In this document: positions 39,830 through 48,395 of the stretch, piece by piece | Layout of the letters: each line of letters opens with the position of its first letter | Numbering within the stretch: position 1 is the first letter of the stretch | DNA from: Acidobacteriota bacterium | GTDB lineage: Bacteria; Acidobacteriota; UBA6911; RPQK01; JAJDTT01 | DNA length: 64,000 bases | Assembly: GCA_965209055.1 (NCBI GenBank) | Contig: OZ242374.1 | Coordinates: 2,944,001-3,008,000 of the forward strand | Direction of reading: 5' to 3' | Notes under the pieces: generated by a model | The model's database searches: none | Told to the model about the DNA's origin: nothing | What the model saw: only the letters and a program-made list of their open reading frames with translations | Program-made: the position numbers and the translations under genes

Positions 39830-41104
39830 ATGATGCATCGGCGTGATTTCTTGAGACCGTTGGGAGTGGGGGCGATGGTTGCGGCGGGAAAGGTCCGGCG
39901 CCTGTTCCCGGGAACGCTGCCGGCCGGATCGGGCCAACCGTTTTTCGAGAAGACGACCGTCTTCTATCCGGGCAAGGGTTTCGGAGTCCGGCTTCCCGGA
40001 CTGTTGGCGACGAGCCGAGGCTTCGTGGTCGCCATTTGCCAACGGCGGTGGGACAACATGCTCGACTTCGGCCACGACACCGACGTCCTGGTGCAGCGGA
40101 GCACGGACGGGGGGCGGACTTGGGGGAAGCAGCGAGTCCTCTTTCGGGAGCGGGGGACCTTCTGCCTCGTCGGTCCGCTGTTCGAGGAACGGTTCAGCGG
40201 GACGATCTTCTCCGCCTTCTGGAAGCTTCCGACGACGGCTCCTCACGACTTGCGGTATTTCCCCACCTACGCCAGGACCGATGGGCGCTTCTGGCTGGCC
40301 AAGAGCACCGACCAGGGCCAGACCTGGTCTGAGCCCACTCCCCACAAGGCTCGGACCAGCGCGGACGGTTGGGACGGTTGGACCAACAACTCGGTCCACG
40401 GCATCCAACTGACCCGGGGTCCGCACAAGGGCCGGCTGGTGATCCCTGGATTCCTCTACAAGGAGGGAGAAGAAGGCCAGATCCCAGGAGTCCGGGGAGG
40501 CGTCCTCTACAGCGACGACCATGGATCGAGCTGGCAGGTGGGGGGCGTCCTGCCGGTGGGTTCGGACGAGGTCACCGTGGTGGAGACGGCGGACGGGGGC
40601 GTTTACGCCAATTTCCGCAAGAACCGGCCCTTTCACAATGAATGGCGGTGGCACGCCTGGAGCCGGGACGGAGGCGAGAGTTTCGAGCCTCAGGAGACGC
40701 AGCCCAACGATCTCACGACTGTCATCTGTCACGCTGGGCTGACCCGCTACCCCACCGGGAAGAACGGGGGGAAGGACATCTTCCTCTTCTCCAATCCGGC
40801 GGGTCCCGACCCCTCCAATCCGACCAAAGGACAAAGGCAGCGGCTCACGGTTCGGGCCAGCTACGACGAAGGCCGGACCTGGCCGTTGTCGAAGCTGTTG
40901 GATGACGGTCCGTCCGCCTACTCCGACCTGGCGGTGCTGGAGGACAAGACGATTCTCTGTCTTCACGAAGACAGCCTCGACTGGCCCGAGCCGAAGCTCG
41001 CTGAGTGGTACGGCAGCTTTTCGAGCCTGGACCATCGCCGGCGCTGGTGCGAGCGGATCAGCATCGCCCGTTTCAACCTGGAATGGCTTAACAGCCCGTG
41101 GTAA
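39830..41104 (+). CDS. exo-alpha-sialidase-like (GH33) protein with Tat signal
   Basis: HRRDFL; RLP (RIP-like); several Asp boxes; SAYSDL. Confidence 0.87.
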   Translation: MMHRRDFLRPLGVGAMVAAGKVRRLFPGTLPAGSGQPFFEKTTVFYPGKGFGVRLPGLLATSRGFVVAICQRRWDNMLDFGHDTDVLVQRSTDGGRTWGKQRVLFRERGTFCLVGPLFEERFSGTIFSAFWKLPTTAPHDLRYFPTYARTDGRFWLAKSTDQGQTWSEPTPHKARTSADGWDGWTNNSVHGIQLTRGPHKGRLVIPGFLYKEGEEGQIPGVRGGVLYSDDHGSSWQVGGVLPVGSDEVTVVETADGGVYANFRKNRPFHNEWRWHAWSRDGGESFEPQETQPNDLTTVICHAGLTRYPTGKNGGKDIFLFSNPAGPDPSNPTKGQRQRLTVRASYDEGRTWPLSKLLDDGPSAYSDLAVLEDKTILCLHEDSLDWPEPKLAEWYGSFSSLDHRRRWCERISIARFNLEWLNSPW

Positions 41105-41253
41105 AAGTCCTCACGGCATTCGACCGTCCCTGCATCCCGGCGGACTGCGTTGCGATTCGCTCACATACTCCCGGTATGCTCACGAATCGCGCCTTGTCCG
41201 GCGGGCGCAGGAACGGTCTCGGTGCTCGCGGGACTTTCACCACGGACTGTTAA
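41088..41253. mobile_element. MITE-like element (158 bp core flanked by TTAA)
   Basis: TTAACAGCCCGTGGTAAAAGTCC ... GGACTTTCACCACGGACTGTTAA (21/23 inverted match); internal hairpin; non-coding. Confidence 0.75.
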
Positions 41254-41278
41254 AGAATGACGCGGAGGAAGACGTAGC

Positions 41279-42271
41279 ATGTACAGGATGGCCATCATCG
41301 GCGTGGGGATGATATCCACCAAGGCCATGATCCCGGGGATCAACCAAGCCAAGACGGCCGAGCTGACGGCTCTGGGGACCAGCTCCCCGGAGAAGGCGGA
41401 AGCGCTCTCCGCCAAGCACGGCGTCGCCCGCTGCTATCCCAACTACCAGGAGCTTCTGGAGGACCCCGGCATCGACGGTGTCTACATCGGTCTCCCCAAC
41501 CATCTCCACAAGGAGTGGACCCTGAAGGCGTTGGCGCACGGAAAGCATGTCCTTTGCGACAAGCCTCTGGGGATGGACCTGGCGGAAGCGCGGGAGATGG
41601 AGGCGGCCGCCCGAGCGGCGGGCCGGGTGCTGATGGAGGGGTTCATGTACCGCTTCCATCCGCAGCATGCCCTGGTGAAGAAGCTGATCCAGAAGGGTTC
41701 CATCGGGCGCGTGTTCCTTTTCGAAGCCCACTTCCACTACTTCATGGAAGATCCGGACAACATTCGCCTGAAACGAGAGACCGGCGGGGGAGGCCTCTAC
41801 GACGTGGGTTGCTACGGGATCAACAGCGCCCGGTACATCCTTGGCGCCGAACCCCGATCCGTTTCCGGCACCTGGCGGTTGGGGGCCGACACCGGAGTCG
41901 ACGAGTTCTGTCACTTCACCCTGCGGTTCGACGGCGGCCCGGTGGCCACCGTTACCTGCGGGACCCATCTTCCCCGGGAGCAGGGGTACAGCGTCTACGG
42001 TGACCGGGGAATCATCAAGGCGCCCCAGGGCTACGTACCCGCGCCTCACAAGCGGGTCCACGTGACGGTCATCGACCAGGATGGCAAACACGAGGTGCAC
42101 CGGGTCCGTGGCGTCAACCAGTATGCCGACGAGGTCGACGCCTTCGTCGCCGCCTGCGGCGGCATGGCGGACGACAGGATCGAGGCGGGCGTCGAGAACA
42201 TGGCCGTACTGGACGCGGTGCGGAAGGCTTGCCAATCGGGGGCCGTCGAGAGTTGCAGCGCATCCTCCTGA
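41279..42271 (+). CDS. Gfo/Idh/MocA oxidoreductase
   Basis: IIGVGMIS, GKHVLCDKP, FMYRFHPQ, GGGGLYDVGCY. Confidence 0.93.
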   Translation: MYRMAIIGVGMISTKAMIPGINQAKTAELTALGTSSPEKAEALSAKHGVARCYPNYQELLEDPGIDGVYIGLPNHLHKEWTLKALAHGKHVLCDKPLGMDLAEAREMEAAARAAGRVLMEGFMYRFHPQHALVKKLIQKGSIGRVFLFEAHFHYFMEDPDNIRLKRETGGGGLYDVGCYGINSARYILGAEPRSVSGTWRLGADTGVDEFCHFTLRFDGGPVATVTCGTHLPREQGYSVYGDRGIIKAPQGYVPAPHKRVHVTVIDQDGKHEVHRVRGVNQYADEVDAFVAACGGMADDRIEAGVENMAVLDAVRKACQSGAVESCSASS

Positions 42272-42279
42272 GAAAACAG

Positions 42280-43824
42280 ATGGGGGCATCCTGGGTGGGG
42301 AGACAGTCTTGTCTCCGTCTTCAACACCTGATCATTCTCGTCGCCGCTATGGGAGCCTCCGCCCCGGGCGCTTCCGCGGAAACCGTCGACGTGGGCTCCC
42401 GTCTCGAGCTCATGGTGGATGAACATCTCATCGACCGCATGTCGGGAGGAGCCCGGTTGCAGGTCCACCGGCCGGTCCGGCGGAACGTGGCCCTGGAGAC
42501 CGGTGAGCCCTGGGAGGGAAACGCCTCCTTCTACCGGACGGTGTTCCAGGACGGAAGCGTCTACCGGATGTACTACGGCGCCTGGCACTACGAGACGACG
42601 GAGACGGGAATGACCTACCCCCACCGTCCGTACCTCTGCTATGCGGAGAGCAGCGACGGTATCCACTTCCGGAAGCCGAAGCTGGGGCTGGTGGAGTTCC
42701 GGGGCAGCACGGACAACAACATCGTCCTCTCCGAGACCACGCTCAACTCGGTCGAAGCCGACCCCGGCCACGCCGCCGTCTTCATTGACGACAATCCCGA
42801 CTGTCCCGAAGACGCCCGCTACAAGATGATCATCCGGTCCCGGGGCGAAAAGGGTCTCTTGGCGCTCAAGTCGCCGGACGGATTCCGCTTCACCCCCATG
42901 TCGGACCGCGTTGTGATTTCGGAAGGGGCCTTCGATTCCCAGAACCTGGCCTTCTGGGACCCCGTGCGGCGAGAGTACCGGGCCTATTTTCGAGGATTCC
43001 GGGAGGGGATCAGGGACATTCTGACCGCCACCTCGGCCGATCTCCTGAACTGGACGAAACCGGTCTGGTGCGAGTATCCGGGGGCTCCGTCGGAACATCT
43101 CTACACCAACCAATTGCGGCCCTACTACCGGGCGCCCCACATCCTGGTGGGCTTTCCCATGCGCTACAAGGACCGGGGACCCACCGAAGCGACTTGGCGG
43201 CTACCGGGGCGTGAAGCCCGGGAGCACAGATCCTCCGTCAACCAACGCTATGGAACAGCCGTGTCCGACGCCCTCCTGATGACGGGCCGGGACCGGCATG
43301 ACTTCAAGCGTTGGGGAGAGGCCTTCATTCGACCCGGGCCCGCCCGGACCGACAGTTGGGTCTATGGAGACAACATGATCGCCTGGGGAATCGTCCAGAC
43401 CCGATCGGATCGTGTCGGTTCTCCCGACGAACTCTCCATCTACGTGGTGGAAGGGTACTGGGTGGGGCGAGGCATCAACGTTCGGCGTTACTCCCTCCGG
43501 ATGGACGGATTCGTATCCGTGCGGGCGCCGTTGGCCGGTGGGGAGATCGTGACCCGTCCTCTCCGATTCGACGGCAATCGGCTACGCCTCAACTATTCCA
43601 CCTCCGGCAGCGGCGGAATCTGGGTCGAACTCCAGGACGCGGACGGCAGGCCCCTGGAGGGTTTCAGCCAGGCGGATGCGGATGAGGTCTTCGGAGACCA
43701 GATCGAAGGCGTCGTGACCTGGAAGGGGAACCGTGACGTCAGGTCGCTCGCCGGCCAACCGGTCCGGATCCGGTTCGTTCTCAAGGACGCCGACCTGTAC
43801 GCTTTTCACTTTGCCGCCGACTAG
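42280..43824 (+). CDS. exported glycoside-hydrolase-like (probable beta-propeller) protein, paralog 1
   Basis: YAESSDGIHFRKPKLG, FDSQN, LRMDGFVS, DADLYAF; signal-like N-terminus. Confidence 0.75.
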   Translation: MGASWVGRQSCLRLQHLIILVAAMGASAPGASAETVDVGSRLELMVDEHLIDRMSGGARLQVHRPVRRNVALETGEPWEGNASFYRTVFQDGSVYRMYYGAWHYETTETGMTYPHRPYLCYAESSDGIHFRKPKLGLVEFRGSTDNNIVLSETTLNSVEADPGHAAVFIDDNPDCPEDARYKMIIRSRGEKGLLALKSPDGFRFTPMSDRVVISEGAFDSQNLAFWDPVRREYRAYFRGFREGIRDILTATSADLLNWTKPVWCEYPGAPSEHLYTNQLRPYYRAPHILVGFPMRYKDRGPTEATWRLPGREAREHRSSVNQRYGTAVSDALLMTGRDRHDFKRWGEAFIRPGPARTDSWVYGDNMIAWGIVQTRSDRVGSPDELSIYVVEGYWVGRGINVRRYSLRMDGFVSVRAPLAGGEIVTRPLRFDGNRLRLNYSTSGSGGIWVELQDADGRPLEGFSQADADEVFGDQIEGVVTWKGNRDVRSLAGQPVRIRFVLKDADLYAFHFAAD

Positions 43825-43847
43825 GAGGGGCGACTTTCAGTCGCCCT
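43822..43847 (+). repeat. REP-like palindrome at the stop codon
   Basis: TAGGAG, then G-run/CGACT-TTC-AGTCGCCC hairpin. Confidence 0.7.
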
Positions 43848-43916
43848 GTGCGGGGAGTAGGGGAGACGGTAGTCCTTCCACTGCAGTTGATGCACAATCG
43901 ATTAGAGGGACGAGCC

Positions 43917-44093
43917 ATGGAGAACGAGCCGATCATGAATGACCAAGGCTATCGCCGCACACTCAAGGCGATTGAAGGCCTGATGACTGCCAAGCGCGGC
44001 ACTCCTGAAGGCGACCGGCTGGATGTTCCAGTAACGTCGGTCGAGGCTTGGGAGGCGCTAGATTTTCCTGCGGACACCGGGATCGAGACGTGA
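43917..44093 (+). pseudogene. truncated HigA-type antitoxin (N-terminal half, HTH missing)
   Basis: PIMNDQGYRRTLKAIEGLM...GTPEGDRLDV..VEAWE pattern; only 58 aa. Confidence 0.7.
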
Positions 44094-44221
44094 TTAGAGA
44101 ACCTGGCCGCGATGGACGCAGTGCGGAGGGCTTGCCACTCGGGGGCTATCGAGAGTTGATGTGCATTCTCCTGTGGGAATGCCGGCATTAGAACCAGGGA
44201 ATTCAGGGAGGAATCCGAAAA

Positions 44222-45742
44222 ATGCCGCTATTCGTGATCTTGCTCGTACTCGTCACCGGAACCGCCGTCATGGGCGCCTCCGACGGGGTCGCCGACGTGG
44301 GTTCGCGTCTTGAACTCATGGTGGATGAACATCTCATCGACCGCATGTCGGGAGGAGCCCGGCTGCAGCTCCACCATCCGGTCCGGCGGAACGTGGCTCT
44401 GGTGACCGATGCGCCCTGGGAAGGGAACGCCTGCCATTACCGCTCGGTGTTCCAGGACGGAAGCGGCCACCGGATGCGCTACCGGATGTACTACGGCGCC
44501 TATCAGTACGAGGTGACGGAGACGGGCCAGACCTATCCTCACCGCCCGTACCTCTGTTACGCCGAGAGCAGCGACGGCATCCACTTCCAGAAACCGAAGC
44601 TGGGACTGGTGGAGTTCCAAGGCAGCACGGACAACAACATCATCCTCTCCCAGACGACGCTGAGCTCGGTCGAGGCGGACCCCGGCCACGCCGCCATCTT
44701 CAAGGACGACAATCCCGACTGCCCCGAAGACGCCCGCTACAAGATGATCATCCGGTCCAGGGGCGAGAAGGGCCTGTTGGCGCTCAAGTCGCCGGACGGA
44801 CTCCGGTTCACCCCCATGTCGGACCGGGTGGTGATCTCCGAAGGGGCCTTCGATTCGCAGAACCTGGCTTTCTGGGACCCGGTGCGGGGAGAGTACCGGG
44901 CCTACTTCCGCGGGTTCCAGAACAAGGTCAGGGACATCCTGACGGCCACCTCTCCCGATTTCCTGAACTGGACGGACCCGGTCTGGTGCGAGTATCCGGG
45001 GGCGCCCCGGGAGCATCTCTACACCAACCAGTTGCGGCCCTACTACCGGGCGCCCCACATCCTGGTCGGTTTCCCCATGCGCTACAAGGACCGGGGCTCC
45101 ACCGAAGCGACCTGGCGCCTGCCGGGCCGGGAAGCCCGGGAGAACAGGTCGAAGGTATCCCAGCGCTACGGCACGGCCGTGACCGACTCGCTTTTGATGA
45201 CGGGCCGCGACCGGCTCCACTTCAAACGCTGGGGAGAGGCCTTCCTTCGACCCGGTCCTGCCCGAATCGACAGTTGGGTCTACGGAGACAACAGCATCGC
45301 CTGGGGAATCGTCCAGACCCGCTCCGACCGCGCCGGTTCTCCGGAAGAACTTTCCATCTACGTGGTGGAAGGGTACTGGATGGGCCGGAGCCTGAACGTG
45401 CGCCGCTACTCCCTGCGGATGGACGGTTTCGTCTCCGTGCAGGCGCCGTTGGCCGGTGGCGAGATGGTGACCCGGCCTCTTCGCTTCGAAGGCAATCGGC
45501 TTCGCCTCAACTATTCCACCTCGGGAAGCGGCGGGATCTGGGTCGAGCTCCAGGACGCGGACGGCAATTCGCTGGAGGGCTTCAGCCAGGCGGATGCGGA
45601 TGAGGTCTTCGGAGACCAGATTGAGGGCGTGGTGACCTGGAAGGGGAACCGGGACGTCAGCTCACTGGCCGGCAAGCCGGTCCGGATTCGGTTCGTCCTC
45701 AAGGACGCGGACCTGTACGCGTTTCGCTTTGCTTCCGATTGA
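44222..45742 (+). CDS. exported glycoside-hydrolase-like protein, paralog 2
   Basis: highly similar to 42280-43824; signal peptide. Confidence 0.78.
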   Translation: MPLFVILLVLVTGTAVMGASDGVADVGSRLELMVDEHLIDRMSGGARLQLHHPVRRNVALVTDAPWEGNACHYRSVFQDGSGHRMRYRMYYGAYQYEVTETGQTYPHRPYLCYAESSDGIHFQKPKLGLVEFQGSTDNNIILSQTTLSSVEADPGHAAIFKDDNPDCPEDARYKMIIRSRGEKGLLALKSPDGLRFTPMSDRVVISEGAFDSQNLAFWDPVRGEYRAYFRGFQNKVRDILTATSPDFLNWTDPVWCEYPGAPREHLYTNQLRPYYRAPHILVGFPMRYKDRGSTEATWRLPGREARENRSKVSQRYGTAVTDSLLMTGRDRLHFKRWGEAFLRPGPARIDSWVYGDNSIAWGIVQTRSDRAGSPEELSIYVVEGYWMGRSLNVRRYSLRMDGFVSVQAPLAGGEMVTRPLRFEGNRLRLNYSTSGSGGIWVELQDADGNSLEGFSQADADEVFGDQIEGVVTWKGNRDVSSLAGKPVRIRFVLKDADLYAFRFASD

Positions 45743-45790
45743 GCGGAGAATCGGGCTCGACGGGGGCTATCTTAAAGGAACGAGGGGGCG

Positions 45791-46165
45791 ATGCAGGAGA
45801 GAGACAAGAGCTTGACGCCCATCCATCCCGGGGAAATTCTACGTAGCGAGTTCATGGAGCCGATGGGCGTCACTCAGTACCGGCTGGCCAAGGACCTCTC
45901 CGTGCAACCGCTGAGGGTCAGTGAAATCGTCCGGGGCAAGCGAGGAATCACGGCCGACACGGCCCTGCGCCTGGGTCGGTACTTTGGTCTGTCCGCCGCC
46001 TACTGGATGAATCTACAGGCGCTTTACGAGATTGAAGTCGCCGAAGATCGACTTCAGGATCGCCTGGAAAAAGAAGTGACCCCGCGTTGCGACGTCGCAG
46101 CCTGCTGCACATCGAGCGAGAAGCGATCAGTCGTTGGCGGTGCCGGCCTGCCTATTTCCGTTTAG
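45791..46165 (+). CDS. higA: HigA family addiction module antitoxin (no adjacent toxin)
   Basis: PIHPGEIL, RVSEIVRGKRGITADTALRL, YWMNLQ. Confidence 0.92.
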   Translation: MQERDKSLTPIHPGEILRSEFMEPMGVTQYRLAKDLSVQPLRVSEIVRGKRGITADTALRLGRYFGLSAAYWMNLQALYEIEVAEDRLQDRLEKEVTPRCDVAACCTSSEKRSVVGGAGLPISV

Positions 46166-46651
46166 GCTCTTGGAGTTGGGAGCAGCTTGGTAAATTTTGC
46201 ACATCCGCACTTGCCCCCAAGCTTCGGCGCCGAGAATCCCCCCAGCAATTCCAAGAAGGGAATATCCGGTAGGTACATCTCCCCAAAGATAGGCACCTCC
46301 GACATATCCGGCCGTAATGGACAGGGTCCCCCAAAGCAGCTCCCATCTCCAGAACGGCTTACGGATGCCCACCCGATGCACGTCTTGCTTACGGATGGTG
46401 CGTTGCTGGCCGTCCTTGAGCCGGAGCGTTAGGGAATCGTCGCTGACCCCGAGGAGGCGCCCTTTGATTTTCCGGTTCTCCTGGATTGCCGCGTCCTCGT
46501 GAAGTTGTACCTCGGTCCGGGTTTCAGCCTTCAACGATTGCACCTTGGCCCAATCGGACCAGTTCCTGTTGGCACAGCCCATCGCGCCGAATAGCAGGAG
46601 TCCTCCTGTCAGAAAAGTCGTGACTTTTTCCGGTGACGTGGCCCTGAGCAT
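46127..46651 (-). CDS. hypothetical membrane/lipoprotein
   Basis: lipobox-like AMGC, Sm-like IKGRLLGVSDDSLTL segment, C-terminal hydrophobic helices. Confidence 0.55.
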   Translation of the reverse strand: MLRATSPEKVTTFLTGGLLLFGAMGCANRNWSDWAKVQSLKAETRTEVQLHEDAAIQENRKIKGRLLGVSDDSLTLRLKDGQQRTIRKQDVHRVGIRKPFWRWELLWGTLSITAGYVGGAYLWGDVPTGYSLLGIAGGILGAEAWGQVRMCKIYQAAPNSKSLNGNRQAGTAND

Positions 46652-46813
46652 TTCTCAAGATCTCCTGATGCAGAGCAAAGACGGTTCTCGTCCCAATAGT
46701 TTGATGACTGTTTCTTGAAGATCGTTCATTTATCCGACGACCCCAGCTTGTCCTGCGGGGTGACTTGCCAAGAGTCTCGACGGCATGCATCCTGCCTGCG
46801 GGAGGTCTATCGT

Positions 46814-48358
46814 ATGAGATCAAAACGTTTCCTGGGATTCATCCTGTTGTTGCTCATTCTGCCGGCGCCGGGTCCGGCCTGGGCGGGGTCGAGCCACGAT
46901 TCCGATACCCGGGAGATCGGCTCCCGCCGGGAGCTTTTCGTCGACCACTATCTCATCGACCGGCTTCGGGGTGTCCACCTGCAACTGCACGAGCCGCGAC
47001 CCGCGGAGCAGGTGATCCGCATCGACCGTCCCTGGGAAAACGAGTTCAACTACGGGTACAAGGTCTTTCAGGAGGGGGGGCTTTACCACCTCTTCTACCT
47101 GGCCCGGACCACACTGCCGGCGGAGCAGAGGTTCCGCCGCGCCATCAGCTACGCCCGGAGCCGGGACGGGATCCACTGGGAGAAGCCGAACCTGGGACTG
47201 GTGGAGGTGGACGGCAGCCGGGAGAACAACGTGGTCATGCTGGGACGGCTGGTCCCCTTCGTGGACAACCGGCCGGGCGTACCGGCCAACCGGCGCATCA
47301 AGGCCACCAGCTCCCATTACCGGGACCGGCCCGATTGGAAGAACGAGCATCCCCTGGACGGAAGGAGGTACGTGGACCTGTTCCTCTACGAGTCCTCCGA
47401 CGGGTTGGATTTCCGCAAGGTGCAGGAAGATCCGGTCTTCATCACCACGCTCCCCAACGGCTTCGACGGCATCCAATCCATCTTCTGGTCCGAATCCGAG
47501 GGGAAGTATGTTCTCTACTTCCGATTCATGACCTCCAACCAAGGCCCCCGAAAACGCTCCGTGGCCCGGAGCACATCCCCGGATCTTCTGAGTTGGACCG
47601 ATCCCGTCCCCATGGAGTACACCACGGGAGGCATCGTCCCGCCCGAACATCTCTATGAGCACCAGACGGTCCAGTATTTCCGCGCTCCCCATATCTACGT
47701 CGCCTTCCCGCCGCGGTTCATGTATGGCCGCTCCGCGCTCACCAGGGAACAGGGCGAGGCCGCCGGCATCGTCTCGGACGCCACCCAACCGAACAATCCG
47801 AACTGGCTGACCCAGGACTGCGCGGACGCCGCCTTCATGACCTCCCGGGGGGGCACGCTCTACGACCGCACCTTCATGGGGGTCTTCGTCCGTCCGGGTC
47901 CGGACACCCTCAACTGGGTGTCCCGCACCAACTATCCGCTTCAGGGTGTGGTCCGGACGGGGCCGGCCGAGATGTCCATCTACGTGGGCCGGCACTATGG
48001 GCATCCCACGTGGCACATCCAGCGGTTGACCCTGCGGCTGGACGGATTCGCCTCCGTCAACGCGCCCTACGCCGGCGGCGAGATGATCACGAAGCCCCTG
48101 AAGTTTTCGGGGAGCCGTCTGGAGATCAACTACTCCACTTCGGCCGCTGGCGGATTGAGGGTGGAGATTCAAGACGGCGAGGGGAAGCCGATACCCGGAT
48201 TTTCACTTGCGGAGTGTCCCGAGATCATCGGAGACGAGATCGCCCGGGACGTGTCCTGGGAGAGTGGCGGGGACGTGGGCCGTCTTGCGGGGACCGCCGT
48301 GCGGCTCCGTTTCGTGATGAAGGACGCGGACCTCTACTCCATCCGGTTTCACGACTGA
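46814..48358 (+). CDS. exported glycoside-hydrolase-like protein, paralog 3 (divergent)
   Basis: RBS GGAGG; IGSRRELFVD, SRDGIHWEKPNLG, LRLDGFAS, DADLYSIRF. Confidence 0.78.
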   Translation: MRSKRFLGFILLLLILPAPGPAWAGSSHDSDTREIGSRRELFVDHYLIDRLRGVHLQLHEPRPAEQVIRIDRPWENEFNYGYKVFQEGGLYHLFYLARTTLPAEQRFRRAISYARSRDGIHWEKPNLGLVEVDGSRENNVVMLGRLVPFVDNRPGVPANRRIKATSSHYRDRPDWKNEHPLDGRRYVDLFLYESSDGLDFRKVQEDPVFITTLPNGFDGIQSIFWSESEGKYVLYFRFMTSNQGPRKRSVARSTSPDLLSWTDPVPMEYTTGGIVPPEHLYEHQTVQYFRAPHIYVAFPPRFMYGRSALTREQGEAAGIVSDATQPNNPNWLTQDCADAAFMTSRGGTLYDRTFMGVFVRPGPDTLNWVSRTNYPLQGVVRTGPAEMSIYVGRHYGHPTWHIQRLTLRLDGFASVNAPYAGGEMITKPLKFSGSRLEINYSTSAAGGLRVEIQDGEGKPIPGFSLAECPEIIGDEIARDVSWESGGDVGRLAGTAVRLRFVMKDADLYSIRFHD

Positions 48359-48395
48359 CGCCGGAACCCGAATCCCGGGGGGAAGGGGACGTCGG

